Assembly (NCBI GenBank): GCA_050575255.1
Contig: JBNZDD010013665.1
Span: forward strand, 985,136 to 1,049,135
Direction of reading: 5' to 3'
Length of the DNA stretch: 64,000 bases
DNA from: Harriotta raleighana
Lineage: Eukaryota
The notes beneath the pieces are model-generated. The model saw nothing but the letters and a program-made list of their open reading frames with translations. It did no database searches and was not told where the DNA came from. Of the stretch, positions 38,241 to 51,782 are shown piece by piece. The translations under genes were made by a program, and so were the position numbers. Position 1 is the stretch's first letter. Every line of letters starts with the position of its first letter.

Positions 38241-38535
38241 AGAAGCCGTAGCTCAATAATTAGAGCACTCTCCTTACAAGTGTGAGACCTGTGTTTGAAT
38301 CCAGGCAGATCACCTTGTGCAAGTTTCCTTACTCCACGCCTAATAATAATCTCTTCCAAAAAAAAACAATAATAAAATTGGTCATTTCAATCCACAACTG
38401 TTTGTGCACAATTGGCTGCCGCGTTTCACCCACAAATATAAAGTCAATTCACTTTACAGTATATTCTGTCAAGTGCTTTGACACGGCGATAAGATGTGAA
38501 AAGTGCTAAATCAAATGCAAGGATTATTCTTATTA
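38241..38535 (+). mobile_element. Young tRNA-headed SINE
   Basis: Same head, body and tail as 26061. Confidence 0.88.
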
Positions 38536-41113
38536 AGAAAAAGAAGGCATCTGAATTAATCCTAAATTTAAGAAATTTCCACCATTCTGCGTAATCTTAA
38601 ATGCTGAGGCAAAATGGCGTCACAGGCTAAGGCGAGGTGGAATTTCAGGTCTTGTCTTGGTAGCAGAACAAGTATTAAGTGACGTTGGTTTCCCGCATGA
38701 GTAACCAGTTACTCCCAGTTGAAGGGATATGGGTTGAGGAGAAAAATCTCAAATTCTGTTGATAATCAATTACTTAGTGAAATAACAATCTTTCACTCTG
38801 AATTGATGGTGCATAAAGAAAAGCTTTACAAATCTCAGTAGCTGCTTTGGGTCAATATGTCTGACTTTAGTTTTAATCAGCTTTTTGTAGGCTTAATCCT
38901 TCCTGTAATTAAAGCTATAAGGATCTGTAACACAAGATGAGATGCATGTTTGCATGGTTATTTTGTGTATGGGTGGGAGTAGTGGGGGGAGAGAGATACC
39001 TTTGAATTCACTGCATTCCCACAAAATACAATCAATCTACTTTACAATATATTCCACAAAGCGACCTGGGATATCTCAACAAAGCGATAAGACGCTGCTG
39101 CATAAAATGCAATGATTATTATTTTTTTTATTTAGAAAGTATTTCTCTGAAATTCCTCAACAAAATGTAAAATTGTAGGGGATTGTGTGGAGATTTCAGC
39201 CTTAATGTGGAAATCAGTTTTCCACAGCTCTTAACAAACCAATCCAGACACAGGGAAATATCCATGTGTAGGTGACATACATATGTGAAAATCATTGGCC
39301 TGGTTTGGATACTCTTAAGCACAGTGACACGGTTCCTCATGTGACAAACACCCGGCATCCAGATATAACTCAAGTTAAGAATTTTCTATCATATCATTCT
39401 GTACACTCTCAAGTTTGAAGACAAGATGGTCTTCATACTGAGGCTAAGTGAGGGTTGTGGAGTAGGATTGAAGACTATTGTATAATAAGAATGAGGGATA
39501 GACATATTTCATCTAAAGAATGGCAAATTAAACATTTCAGCATTGAACTGCAGCTGTAGAGATCGTGCGGGATTAGAGGAATTCCTTATTAAGGAATCAT
39601 GTTAGGAATTACTGCAAATGAGATCCGTTTTTAATTTAATGTTTGGGTAGCCAAGCAAATAGATAAAATGGAACAATCAGAAGGATTGGATCATTGGAAA
39701 AATGCCTGCTGGGCAAGATTGATATATTGGCTGAAAATGTACTAATTTATGTGGTTACTGTTGAGCACACAACCATAGCATAGACCTGTCCGCATAGTAA
39801 GGATTGGCACTTGGGACAAACTGTGTGGGAAATGGAGATGAGAATCTGGGGCGATAGGAGATGCATTTGTTAAGGCAAACTCGGTCCAAATGGAGAGGAC
39901 TAAGTTGTGCTGGATGCGAGTTAAATTTTTTCCACAATTGTAAGCTGTTTCTCCTTCACTCAGACCATTTGTTCTCTTTGCTCAATCTTACTGGCCCACT
40001 CCACATCCTGCGATCAATCTACCCCACCATCGGACACTTGGCATTCATTCCCTGGATTTCCATTCCCCAGTCCCCCTGAATCACTTCCTCCCTCCCCTCT
40101 TTCAAGGCATGTCTCACAATGTACCTAGTTCAATGCGTCTCCAGTCTCCTTTCTCCACCTCAACCCTTTCAGTTCCTACCCTCACCTCCAGATGGAATTA
40201 TCCAGCATTTGAGGATTTCCTTCTCAATGTGAAAGGTGCTATATATAAGCACATTTTAAGAATAAATAGTCTTGCAGGTTAGCCTAGATGGAATTTCAAC
40301 CCTATCGAAAGGGACAAAGACATTGGCTGAACATTACATTATGTAGGACTTTATCAGCATAGAAGGCCATACAGTGATTGTGCCTGTACCTCTTTCTTGA
40401 AAGACTTTTCTATTCAGTCCCCTGCCTCTGAGTGAATTATTTATTTGTCAGCTGAAGTTAACAATATTGCTAATAACCAAGTTGGATGTACATATGTTGC
40501 CACCTTGTGTGGTGGGACTGGTCTCCAGGTCGATGGGTTTTGTGTATAAAACCACAGTGAGACTGTGCAGGGCTGTCTTAGGGGAGGGCTCTGTTTTAAG
40601 ATTAATGAAGTTTGGAAAGAAAGGCTGTTTTAATACAGATTTTAAAGTGCAGCAAAACTTGAAGGAAATCCCCAATCTACGACCTGACTGTGCCATTCAT
40701 TAATAATTTTTGGAACAGAGGTTTGTGTAACCAACGGCAACCTGAGGATTTTTGCCTCAGCTCAAACTCTTGACCTCTCTAATCCTAATAGGCTAATTGG
40801 TTTGAATGAAACCAAGCTTCCAATGGAATAACTAACACCGTAATACTTTATCTGAGTAACTCAGACCTTTCTCTGTTTGGTTACTGGGCGCTTTTGCTTC
40901 ACTACTGTATCTTCAGCAAATGTACAGATAATGGATTAGTTAACCTACAAATGCAGGGTCACCTCAAGCTACAGAAAATCCTTGAGATGTCTTGGTGACG
41001 TGATCAATAATAAAATAATAATCCTTTTGCGTTTGATATAGCGATTTATCACATTGGTAAGACATCTGAAAGTGCTTTACAGATTATACTTAAAGTGAAT
41101 TGACTATATATTT

Positions 41114-41375
41114 GTGGAGTCCTGTAGCTCAGTAGTTAGTGCACTCGCCTTACAAGCAAGAGACCTGGGTTCAATTCCTGACAAGGCAAAACCTTGCGCA
41201 AATTTCCTGACTCCACACACCTCAAAAAAAAATTGGTCATTTCAATCCACAACTATTTCACCAACATATGTTCAGTCAATTCACTTTACAGTATATTCTG
41301 TGAAGTGCTTTGAGACATCTAAAATACTTGAACAGCATTATATCTTATATAATCATAAGCAATATTATTATTATA
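41114..41375 (+). mobile_element. Young tRNA-headed SINE nested antisense in an older SINE tail (41005-41113)
   Basis: Head GTGGAGTCCTGTAGCTCAG; host resumes with TAGGCGAACAC. Confidence 0.88.
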
Positions 41376-42254
41376 TTTTGTAGGCGAACACTTACACTGA
41401 TATAATAGTGGATGACACATTAATACACTGCCCTTTTACTTCTGGTACCTGGTAATTTGAATCCAGATTAGGCTGAAGGGTTAAAAGTCCCCACTCTCTA
41501 CTTAGTGTAAGATTCCTAAATTGGATATGTCTGAAATCCTTGCCATGATCCCTAGTGTTAGAGGAATGAGTTTGTGAGCTGCGATTAGGTGTGACAGGGT
41601 TCCTCAGTCTAGCAAAAAGACTTATCAGCAGGAAGCTGATAGAGGGATAGAAGATTTTAAATGAGATGGAGAAAGTAAACCCAGAACAATACATTCAGAT
41701 ATTCCGAGACAGCAGAGAAAGAGGACAAGGGTTTAGAAGTAAACAAAAATTATAATAATAACAATACTTATATTTGATTTGGCGAATTATCACGTCAAAA
41801 CCCTTCGCAGAATATATTGTAAACTGAAATGAATATATAATTTGTGGGTGAAAATATTTGTTTACCCAGAGGATAATAGACAATAACAACTTGTCTATAA
41901 TAATAATCCTTATATTTCATATATCACAGAATACTGTGCAGCTATACCCTTCACACAGGATAGTGTCTTGGAGCGTTTAATTAGCAACTGGGAAAAGGTT
42001 ACCAGCAAGGATTTCTGAGGCCAGGATACTGAGATTCATTAAAAAAAAAAGCAGGTCGATGCTGTGACGGGAGGATGGGAGGGAAGGATGAGATTAAATT
42101 GGCCAAGGGGTCCTCTTCACCTGAACTATTCTTGTGGGGGGAAGAAGAAGGAGGGAGCCGACCATGCTACAGTCAACTTGAAACTTCACATATTCTATTA
42201 CAGTATAATGAGATTGCTTAACTCTGCACAATACTAGCAAATGACCTGCATACC

Positions 42255-42503
42255 GGGGTTCAATTCCGGGCAGGGCGAAACCTCGGGCCGGGACTCCACA
42301 CTCCTAAAAAAAAATAATCCCTCAAAAAAAAATTGGTCATTTCCATCCACGATTGTTTGTGGGACACTGCTGTGTGTAATTGGCTGCCGCATTTGCCCAC
42401 AAATATATAGTCAATTCACTTTACAGTATATTCTGTGAAGCCCTTTGAGACGTCTAGTGGACGTGAAAACCGCTATATCAAATGAAAGAATTATTATTGT
42501 TAT
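42255..42503 (+). mobile_element. Young SINE, 5'-truncated at the B box
   Basis: GGGTTCAATTCCGGGCAGGGCGAAACC start, full 3' half. Confidence 0.88.
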
Positions 42504-42716
42504 AACAACACAAGATTAGAGTGTGTAACCGTGGCTCTATAGAATTGAGGGTTTAAATGAACCATATTGCCTTGAGCACTGGAACCCAATTGATAATAAA
42601 TGGAATTTTAACACACTGTTGGTTATACAATCTGATTGTTTTTCTGTATTGTGATATAAAAATAAAAGGATTCTAAATGTTCAAAAGCTAGTTACAATTT
42701 AACAAACCCAATATGT

Positions 42717-43006
42717 ATAATAATAATCCTTTCATTTGATATAGCGCTGTTCACATCTTCTAGACATCTCAAAGCGCTTCACAGAATATACTATAAAGCG
42801 AATTTACTGCATATTTATGGGCGAAACATGGCAGCCAATAGGAACAGCAGTGTCCTACAAACATGTGAAAGATGACCAATTTATTATTTTATTTGATGGG
42901 ATTATCAGGTGTGTAGAGTAAGGAAATTTGCCCAAGGTTTCGCCATGCCTAGAATCAAACCCAGGTCTCTCGCTCGTAAGGCGAGTGCTCTAACCACTGA
43001 GCTCCA
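42717..43006 (-). mobile_element. Young SINE, near full length, tail-to-tail with the 42255 copy
   Basis: Reverse-complement match to the family. Confidence 0.9.
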
Positions 43007-45970
43007 GAGAATAATAATATTAATAAATACTTGCATTTATACAGATAAAAATAAAGACATAGATTCCCAGGAAGGATGGTTTGAGGCCAGAACACTGGGA
43101 CTCATTTATAAAGCAGCTTGATGCTCTGATGGGCGAACAGTAGGATAGATGTTCTGGAGGGATGAGAACACATGGGCTGAAGGGTCTTCTATCTCCAAAC
43201 CAATTGTGTGAGTAATGAAGTGAAGGTCACTATACAATAAGGCTAGGCCCTAATCTGTGCCAGCGAATTCAATAAACAACAGGGAGATGAGCAACTGACT
43301 CTTTTGAATTTGGAAGTGAATTGGGGACGCAGAGGGAATATATAACCAGGATCAACCAAAAAGTGGTCACTTTTCAGCAAGAGACGCACAGCAGGATGGT
43401 CGTTTTATGTCCACCTGAATCACAAACCAAATAAAACCTAAAATGAATAACGCATTCACTGAATGTTCATCTGGAAATAAATAATAACATGCACTGTGTG
43501 TGATGTAGAATCCTCTATGCATTATGTATTATCTGCAATGTCCTGGTGGCTTATTTGAGAAGGAAGATAATTGTCATGAAATCGCAGGTCTAATCGCTTT
43601 GTGCTAATTAATCTCAAGGGAACAACACTGCATGGATGAATACGCATTAATTATCATTGTCTCTTTGTCAGATCATTTCCTAGAGCTATCACTCTGGGAC
43701 TCAAAGCATCAAAGTGTTCACCATAGCCATCACCGTACCTGCCAGCCCTGATAAGTATAACGCTTCATCAACAACAACTAATTAAATTTGATGGCACCTT
43801 TCACATGGATGACTTAAGATGCTGGGCAGTTGGACATTTAGACCCAAGGTGTGGTTGGGATCAGGACGGCTGGAGGGCAGGGAGGATGGGGGTAGGAGGG
43901 TGACAGAAGGCAGGATGGAAGAGGAGGGTCTTGAGCTAATAATGATAATAATCCTTGCATTTGATATAGCGCCTTATCATTTCTTCGGGACGTCTCAAAG
44001 TGCTTGACCTAAAATACTGTGAAGTGAATTCACTGTATATTTTGTGGGTGAAATGTGGCAGCCAACTGCGCAGAGCAGTGGCCCACAAATAGGAGTGGAT
44101 TGAGTGACCATTTAATTCTGTTAATTTTTTAAAAAATAAATTATTAGCCCCTGAAAATGATCAGCCAGTCACTAACAACCGGGTTCTTACTTACTGGTAG
44201 GTAAACAGAGGGGTGTGGAGCATTGATACTTGTGTAATGTTTCCCTCTGCCCAGGAATAGAATTCAGGTCCTCTCACTTGAGAGGCGAGTGTTCTACCCT
44301 CTAGGCTACAGGTCTCCTCAAGGGACCTTGATAGAGGCAAGGGAGAAAATGATGAAAAGGGAACTGTGTGATGGGAGTTTCACATGTGTGTTCTCCCCAT
44401 TCCACCTCATTCCTTGTGAAAGTGTCAGTCGTGGCTGCAATGGGGAAGGGAATTCTAGCACTTGCATTCAAAAGTTGGGTCAGAACTAATGAAATGTTTC
44501 CATGTAGCTGAATGGATTTAACCATTGACCCAAACTGTGTTAAATTCCACATTTAAAGACAGAGCTGGCAGTTTGTGAGCCGTTAGTCTCTCTCTGTGCG
44601 CTGCTGGGGATTAGTTAAAAGTCCAACAGCCAGAAAATCCAATTGAAATGCAGCTTTGAGCCAGCTCACAACCACACAAAATAATCCCTGCATTTGTTAC
44701 AACATGGAAATAACAGACCGTAGCACGGAAATGCCTCAAAGCGCTTCACTGAGAATTGCTGTGAAGTATAGTGACTTGTGTATTTTGTAGGCGAATCCTC
44801 CAGCCAATTTGCAGATACCACAAAATACAACAACAACAAAATTAGATTTGTAGAGCTCCTTTCATGTCGGGAGGACGTCCCAAGGCACTGAACAGTCAGG
44901 AGTCAGGACCCAAGCACGGGGTGGGGGGCAGCAACTTTGGGATGAGGGAGGGCAGAGAGGTAGGCCGGCAGCTGAATTTGCGGAGTAAATTACCAATTTA
45001 TCTCTGGTTCTTTGAAATAATGTGCTGCAGTGAGAAATCCACCCCTAAAAAATTAAATTATTGCCATTTATTGCTATTAAAATTCAGCAACCCACTGCAA
45101 ATAATAATAAGAAACCTTGAATTTGATATGGCACCTTATTAGGTCGGCAAAACACTTCGCAGCTTATGCTGTGAAGTGGAGTGACTGTATTTTGTGGGCG
45201 CTCAGCACTCAGCAATAGCCCACAGACACACAGTCATACAGAGTGAGTCATTCAAATGAGTTTGAAATGCCATTCTTTGAAACAATGGGGGTGAAATTAG
45301 CATTGATGGGATATAATTGCCTTTGTTCCAAAGTAACACATCGTGCAAAGCACTTTGAGACAATACTGTAACTGGCATTGCAAGATGCAAGACTGAACGC
45401 AAACTGCATTCGCCTCACTTTGGCTCTCATCAACGACGTGAAGAATTATTGCTGAGAACTTCACCAATGATTGGGAGAATTTATTGAGGGGAAAAATAAT
45501 GTCAACATTGTTATTTTTGGAGAAGGAAAAAAGGCAGCATAAGTAAATGCTAGTGATCATATGGGAAGCTTAGTAACCCGAGCACAGTTAGACTCAGGAG
45601 GAATCTCGATAGCCTTCTCTCTAATACTAGACATCAAATGCTTCAGATGGGCCTGACTCAGCTTCATATTAACAGGGAGTTATGCTGTTGTAACCTATCA
45701 TTCTTGTGCATCAAGTTTATGACTGAAAATAAAGAGCCCAGAGATTCACTTGTACTAACACTAACAAGGGCTCTCAATGCTATTGCAGCTTTGCAAAACT
45801 CTACACTGGTCTCAGTATTTCCTCATAATTGACTGCTTATTATCCTTAATGCCTAGGAACAGGTCATTCGGTCTCTCCAGTCTGTTTATATAATAAATAA
45901 TTGTTTATTATATTGGTTCATAATAATAATGCTTCCTTTGATATAACCTCATCCTTTTGTCAATATATCA

Positions 45971-46306
45971 GTGGAGCTCCTGTAGCTCAGTGGTTAGAGC
46001 ACTCGCCTTACAAGCGTGAGACCTGTGTTCAAATTCAGGCAGATCAGGGCGAAACCTTGGGCAAGTTTCCTTACTCCACACACCTAATAATAGTCCGTCA
46101 AAAAAAAACACAATAATAAAATTGGTCATTTCAATCCACTACTGTTTGTGGGACAGTTTTGTGCAATTAGCTGCCATGTTTCACCTACAAATACACAGTC
46201 AATTCACTTTACAGTATACAATATTCTGTGAAGCGCTTTGAAAAGTCGATAAGATGTGAAAAGCACTATATCAAATGCAAGGATTATTATTATTTTATTA
46301 TTATTA
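45971..46306 (+). mobile_element. Young tRNA-headed SINE, full length
   Basis: Head, CCTTGGGCAAGTTTCC linker, body, (ATT)n tail. Confidence 0.92.
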
Positions 46307-47304
46307 ACATGTTTCACAGAGTTTTGCTATAAAGTGTAGTGACTGTTTTATTTGTAGGCAAGCACAGAAGCCGATTGACACACAGCAATGTCTCCCAAAC
46401 AGCGATGGAGTGAGTAACCAATTTTAACTGGGAGATTGTTGGCCAGGAGAGAGAAATTCCCTTCACTTTTCAATGGGGCCATTTTTGAACAGGTAGTCAA
46501 GGAATATTGGTTTAACGTCCAATCTGAAAGACTGTACCTCCACTACCTCAGTGGACCCCCCCCATCGCTACACTGGAGAGCCACCATAGACAAAATGAAA
46601 GAGTAATTCGAGCCATTTCCCATCCCTGATGTTTGCCAAAGTAATCATTGGAAGCCACTCTCTCCGAATGCCCTCTGTGGGATTCAGGTTGCAAAGCAAG
46701 GCAGCGACTGACAATTGAAATCCCTTTGTAAGCACAGAACCTCCCTGGAGATGCACGTTGCCTCCCAGCTAACCTGTGGCAGCATTAATACTCTGCAAAT
46801 GTTCAATACCACACATTCAGCAAGTTTTTGCCTGCAACAAGACATTCATAATTTCCTTTTCTTTCTCAATCGGGACCACTTGGTGTATTGTTTTGCTGAT
46901 ACCGTTGTAAAATGAAAGAATTGATCACTAAGCTTGTTCATTGCCCTTTGCACCCTTGTGCAAGTATTAATTATTGAAGAGAGGCCCCTGGCTCATAGGA
47001 ATCGTTAAGCCGTTTGTAATTTGAGAAAGCTTTCAAATTTTAAAGCATGATGTTTCTTTGTTTGTAATCTTTTCTTTCCCTCATTTTTTTTCTCTGGCTC
47101 ATTGGCAGGACTATTTGGGAGGGACAAGTCACTTCGAGCAGTAATTTTTTTCCACTTCTGCTAACCCCTCACTAACCCAAATTGAGTTGAGCTAGTGGTC
47201 AGCCACGATCTAATAGAATGACGGAACAGGCTTGAGGGTCTGAATCTACTCATGCTCCTATGTACCTGCAAACTAAAGCCCTAAAGGGTTGGGTAGTCTT
47301 GAGC

Positions 47305-47757
47305 TGTACAAACAACAACAACAAAATTAAATTTATACAGCGCCTTTGACGTTGGGAGAACATNTTGTACAAACAACAACAAAATTAAATTTATACAGCG
47401 CCTTTGACGTTGGGAGAACATCCCAAGGCGCTGGACAGTCAGTGTTTCGGACTGAGACTGCAGTTGGGATTGGGGAGGGTGGAGGGAAGGAAGGTGAAGG
47501 AAGGGGTCGGGTTGACCAATGGCACGGTTGAAGAGGAGGATCTTGAAGAGGAGGATCTTGAAGTGGGATTTTAAGAGGCTAGAGAGGGACGAGCTGAAGG
47601 GATTGTGAGATGGAATTCCAAAAATTGGAGACATAGTGGCTGAAGGCTCACCTGCCGATGGTGGGGCAGGGGGCGTGGATCACGCTGGAGCCCACTGAGC
47701 AGAGGGAGTGGACAAGTTGGTAGGGGATTAGGAGGTCACAGAGGTAGGGTAGGGCAA
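47305..47757 (-). mobile_element. L2 LINE 3' fragment
   Basis: (AAC)n tail, stem-loop, LKSHFKILLF region. Confidence 0.85.
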
Positions 47758-48644
47758 ACAGCTGCAATCTTGCCAAACAGTGCTCTCAGTGGCAAGCCAT
47801 GTGGTTTGAACTGGTTAAACTCCAGAAATGATCTGCCCCAGGCACACTTTTCCAACTCCACATGCCTTTGCTCTACAGATACAGAATTATAATGGTAAAA
47901 TTGCACAACTGCCTCGGACTAGGAGGTATGTTGAATCTTCGCTTCTCAGCCTTTCTCATGAAAAATAGCCAACCAAGCAATAGTCTGCACTAGTGTCAGT
48001 ACCAGTAGAATCATGGTAAAAAGGGTTAGTCTCATAATCTGAACTAATAAAAATAATAATACGGTACTGTGTTCCTTGCATTTGATATTCCGCCTTATCA
48101 TATTGTTGGGATGCGGCAAAGCGCCTCACAGGATACAATGTAAAGTGATATGTGTGTGGGTGGGTGTATTTTGCAAGCAAAACCTAATGCCAATGATAGA
48201 TATATATGGCAGCATTTCTATTTGAGTGGGTGGGCAAGGATGGAATCATACAACATTATTCACCCGATTGTGTGGGGAAGGGAGGCGTTTTCAAGAGAGA
48301 TCCATACAGTCCCATTTACCTTTTCCCCTGTACCTCTGCAAATGACTCCTTATAAGATATTTTACTTGTTCCCTCTTGAAAGCTAACATGGATGCTGTCT
48401 TAATCAACACCTACCTACCTGCGTTCCACATCCTAACAGTTCTCTGTGTAAAAATATATCTAATCTCCCCCTTTGCTGCCTTGCTAACTATCTTATATTG
48501 ATGCCCTCTAGTCACTGATTCACTGTCCAGTGGAAGTGAACCCTTCCTCACTAATGAGAGCAATTTCTGGTCAATGTTACATACATTATAATATTTATTA
48601 TTAATGAGATTCCCTATTATAATTGCCTGTGGCGCTGTGCATAT

Positions 48645-48975
48645 AATAATAACAATGACCCTTGCATTTGATATAGCGCCTTATCAGTTTGTCAAAAGAT
48701 CTCAAAAGGATATACTGCAAAGCAAGCCGACTATATTTTGTCTGTGAACCAGCAGCCAATTTGCGCACATGATCTATGACCAATTTTACCTAGAGGATTG
48801 TTGGCATTGGAAGAAACTTTCTTCTTTCAAATAATGCCTAGGGATCTTTAACATCCACCTGAACAGGCAGATGAGACCTCGATTTAATGTTTCATCTGAA
48901 GTACAGCACCTCTGATCATACAGCTCTCCTTCCCAGGAAAGCACTGAAGTCTCAGCCTTGACTATGCGAGGTCAA
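48645..48975 (-). mobile_element. Old Deu-domain SINE, diverged
   Basis: GGGATCTTTAACATCCACCTGAACAGGCAGA on + strand, shared tail. Confidence 0.75.
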
Positions 48976-50362
48976 AGTCCCTTCAAAGTAATCTCCACAG
49001 AAAGTTTTCCCCATAACGTATACACAGTGCTTTGCCACTATTGCTGCATCAAGGGCAAAAATGTCACTTGGTGCTATGTTAAATGTGGATACTTTGTGCA
49101 ATTCACCCTAAGCGGAGCAGAGTTAATGATAACCTTCCTAACTATCTCAATCCAACTCAACATCTCCCATCGTAAAGCAGCAGAAACAATTCATGTGATT
49201 TGGATCATATTATATTTCAACAATGTACAAAGCTAGTATCAAAGGATTCCATACTCCCACAATGCCCACAGCTGATAATACAAGAGAAATCAAATTTGTG
49301 TAGCTCTTCATCATCGATTATGTCGCTGTGTTCGGACATTTCTGCGCATAAGTCATCTACAACTTTCATCCGCAAAATATGCAGTCACCCCACTTTACAG
49401 TATATCCCGCGAAATGCTTTGTGAAGTCTGCCTGGTGTACCAAATACATTTATACAGTAGATATATTTATATAAATATCTTTGTGCATTTCACCCACAAA
49501 TATACTGTCAATTAATTTTTACAGTATATTCTGTGAAGCACTTTGAAACATCTAGAAGATGTGAAAAGTGCTATATCAAACGCAAGGAGTACTATTATTA
49601 TTATTATTATTTTGATCGAATGCAACGATTATCATTCATTATTATCACGTTAGCAAACTTGTAGGGAAGCACAGCAGCCAATTTGTACACAGAAACGTCC
49701 CACAAACAGCAATGAAGTAAAATATTGGTTTATTTAGAGATTTGTTATCTACGTGAAATGGTTTCTTCGATGTCCAACTCGATTTGACACCTCATCCAAA
49801 GGTTAGCATTCAAGTCAATGCAGCACTCCCCCGAATCCTGCACTGAAGAGTCATGCAACATTCTGTGCTCAAAACCCAATTCCAAAGGGTTGCCTTGACA
49901 CCCTCAACCTCTTAACCCAGAAGCAGAGTGAGGCTACTTGAGTCGAAAAACAAGCCACATTTCGAAGCTATAAATTCAATAGAACTAAACCTAAATTAAT
50001 TTCAACCGCCTGACTTCAGGTGACACAAACTCTCAATATAATTCACTCATTTAGGATCTCTGCCAAAGTTATACAACATGCCTTTTTCATGCCTTGTGTA
50101 TCATTAGACAACTCTTACAATACTGATGGAAATTCCCTTTTCAAACACCTTTCTTTGTTTCATGGTGTAATTTGCAAGATGATTGGTATAAATTGAGCTC
50201 TATGTTCCACTGTACTGTCCTGATCTCATAGAAGGAGCAAATTATTTCGCAATACCAACTGATACATTCAAAAGCTCTTGTTCTGAAATCTTCCAGTACA
50301 ATCTCAGGTAACAGCCATAAGAGTAAGAGGCTATTCAGCCCTATAATTTGTCAAGCTCTAAT

Positions 50363-50875
50363 TTGGAAAGGGTGCAGTGGAGATTCACGAGAATGATACC
50401 AGGAATGGGGAACCTTAGCTATGAGGACAGGCTGGAGAAGTTAGGACTTTTCCCATTAGAGCAGGGAAGGTTACGCGGGGACCTGATAGAGGTCTTCAAG
50501 ATCATGAAAGGTTTTGACAGGCTAGATAGGGAAAAGCTGTTTCCGCTGGTATGTGTGTCTGTGATCCGTGGTCACAGTCTTAAGATATCTACCAAAAGAA
50601 GCAGAGGGGAGGTCAGAAGAATTTTTTTTACTCAGCAAGTTGTTCGAATTTGGAATGATCTGCCTAAAAGTGTAGTGAGGTCCGATTCGATAGCAGCTTT
50701 TAAGAGAGAACTATCTGGGGAAGGTATTTGGGGAAGCTGGGTTTGCAGTGTTATGGGGTAAAGCTGGTGATTGGGGTTAATAAAAGTGACATTGCTCTGT
50801 CAAACAGCCGGCACAGACTCGATGGGCCGAATGGCCTCCTTCTGTGACGTAACCTTCTATGATTCTATGATTCTA
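50363..50875 (+). mobile_element. CR1 LINE 3' fragment (ORF2 C-terminus and 3' UTR)
   Basis: LERVQWRFTRMIPG...LSYEDRL..LGLF.LE..RLRGDLIEVFKIMKGFD; tail (TTCTATGA)n. Confidence 0.95.
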
Positions 50876-50997
50876 CAACATATCATTATTAACTGCCTGT
50901 TTCATTCATCTCGTAAGTCACACTTGCTCTCACCTTCCTCCGCACTCAAAATACCAATACTCTGCGTTCTTTTAATACAAGAAGTGTTATCATGTAT

Positions 50998-51465
50998 TAG
51001 CCTAGCTCAGTTGGGCATATTCTTGACTTTGAGTCAGAAGGTTGAGGGGTCATATACAACAAAATATCAACATAGAGCTTGAAACTCATACAGTCCAGGC
51101 TAAACCTCCAATGCAGTGCTGGGGGATGTGCTGTACTGTTAGAAGTGCAATAACTTCAAATGAAACATTAAACCAAGTTCATTGACTGATGGTTGGAGAT
51201 GGAGGATAAAGATCCCAATGCATTATTTGAAAAAGAACAGGGAGTTTGTCTTGTGTCCTGGCCACCAAGCCCTAAAATAAAATAGATTTCCGTTCAATAT
51301 TTCATGCCCGTTTGTGGGAAATGGGCCTGTGCAAATTGGCTTGCGTATTTGCTGGCAAAACATGATGTCACTGGACTTTGCGGTGCCCTGTGAAGCACTC
51401 TGACATATCTTCCGGACTTGGCGGCTGCTACATCAAATGCGACGATCGTTATTATTTGTTATTAT
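50998..51465 (+). mobile_element. Old Deu-domain SINE (SacSINE1/AmnSINE-like), full length, diverged
   Basis: GCTCAGTTGG...TGAGTCAGAAGG head, AAAGATCCCA...GTGTCCTGGCCA body, TGTGCAAATTGGC motif, L2-type tail. Confidence 0.8.
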
Positions 51466-51782
51466 GAAGCATCAAATGTGCTGAGGATGTCTATCTATCT
51501 CTAATTAGCTGAGGCAGTCCAGTCAAACATGACATTTCGAGTGGACATATTCAGACATTGGAAGATTTTGGACAATTGATGGTGCAGAAGTACAGTAGTT
51601 GCAACATTGCCAGCGATGGAGCCTTATTCGACCTCACTTTGTCCCAGCAAAGCAAATGCACTTAACGTCCATCTGAAACGCAAGACAACTCAAACTTTAA
51701 TTGGTGCCTTGGTGACGGGGAAAAAAAAGGCTCTGGAACTAAATAAAACATATTAAAACTAAATAGGTTCCATTAGAAAACT

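Noticed and set aside
26061-46116. Recurring ORFs such as MESCSSVV... and ...IGCRVSPT..QSIHFTVYSVK as a peptide family
   Set aside because: Translations of SINE copies, with frameshifts and stops at differing positions.
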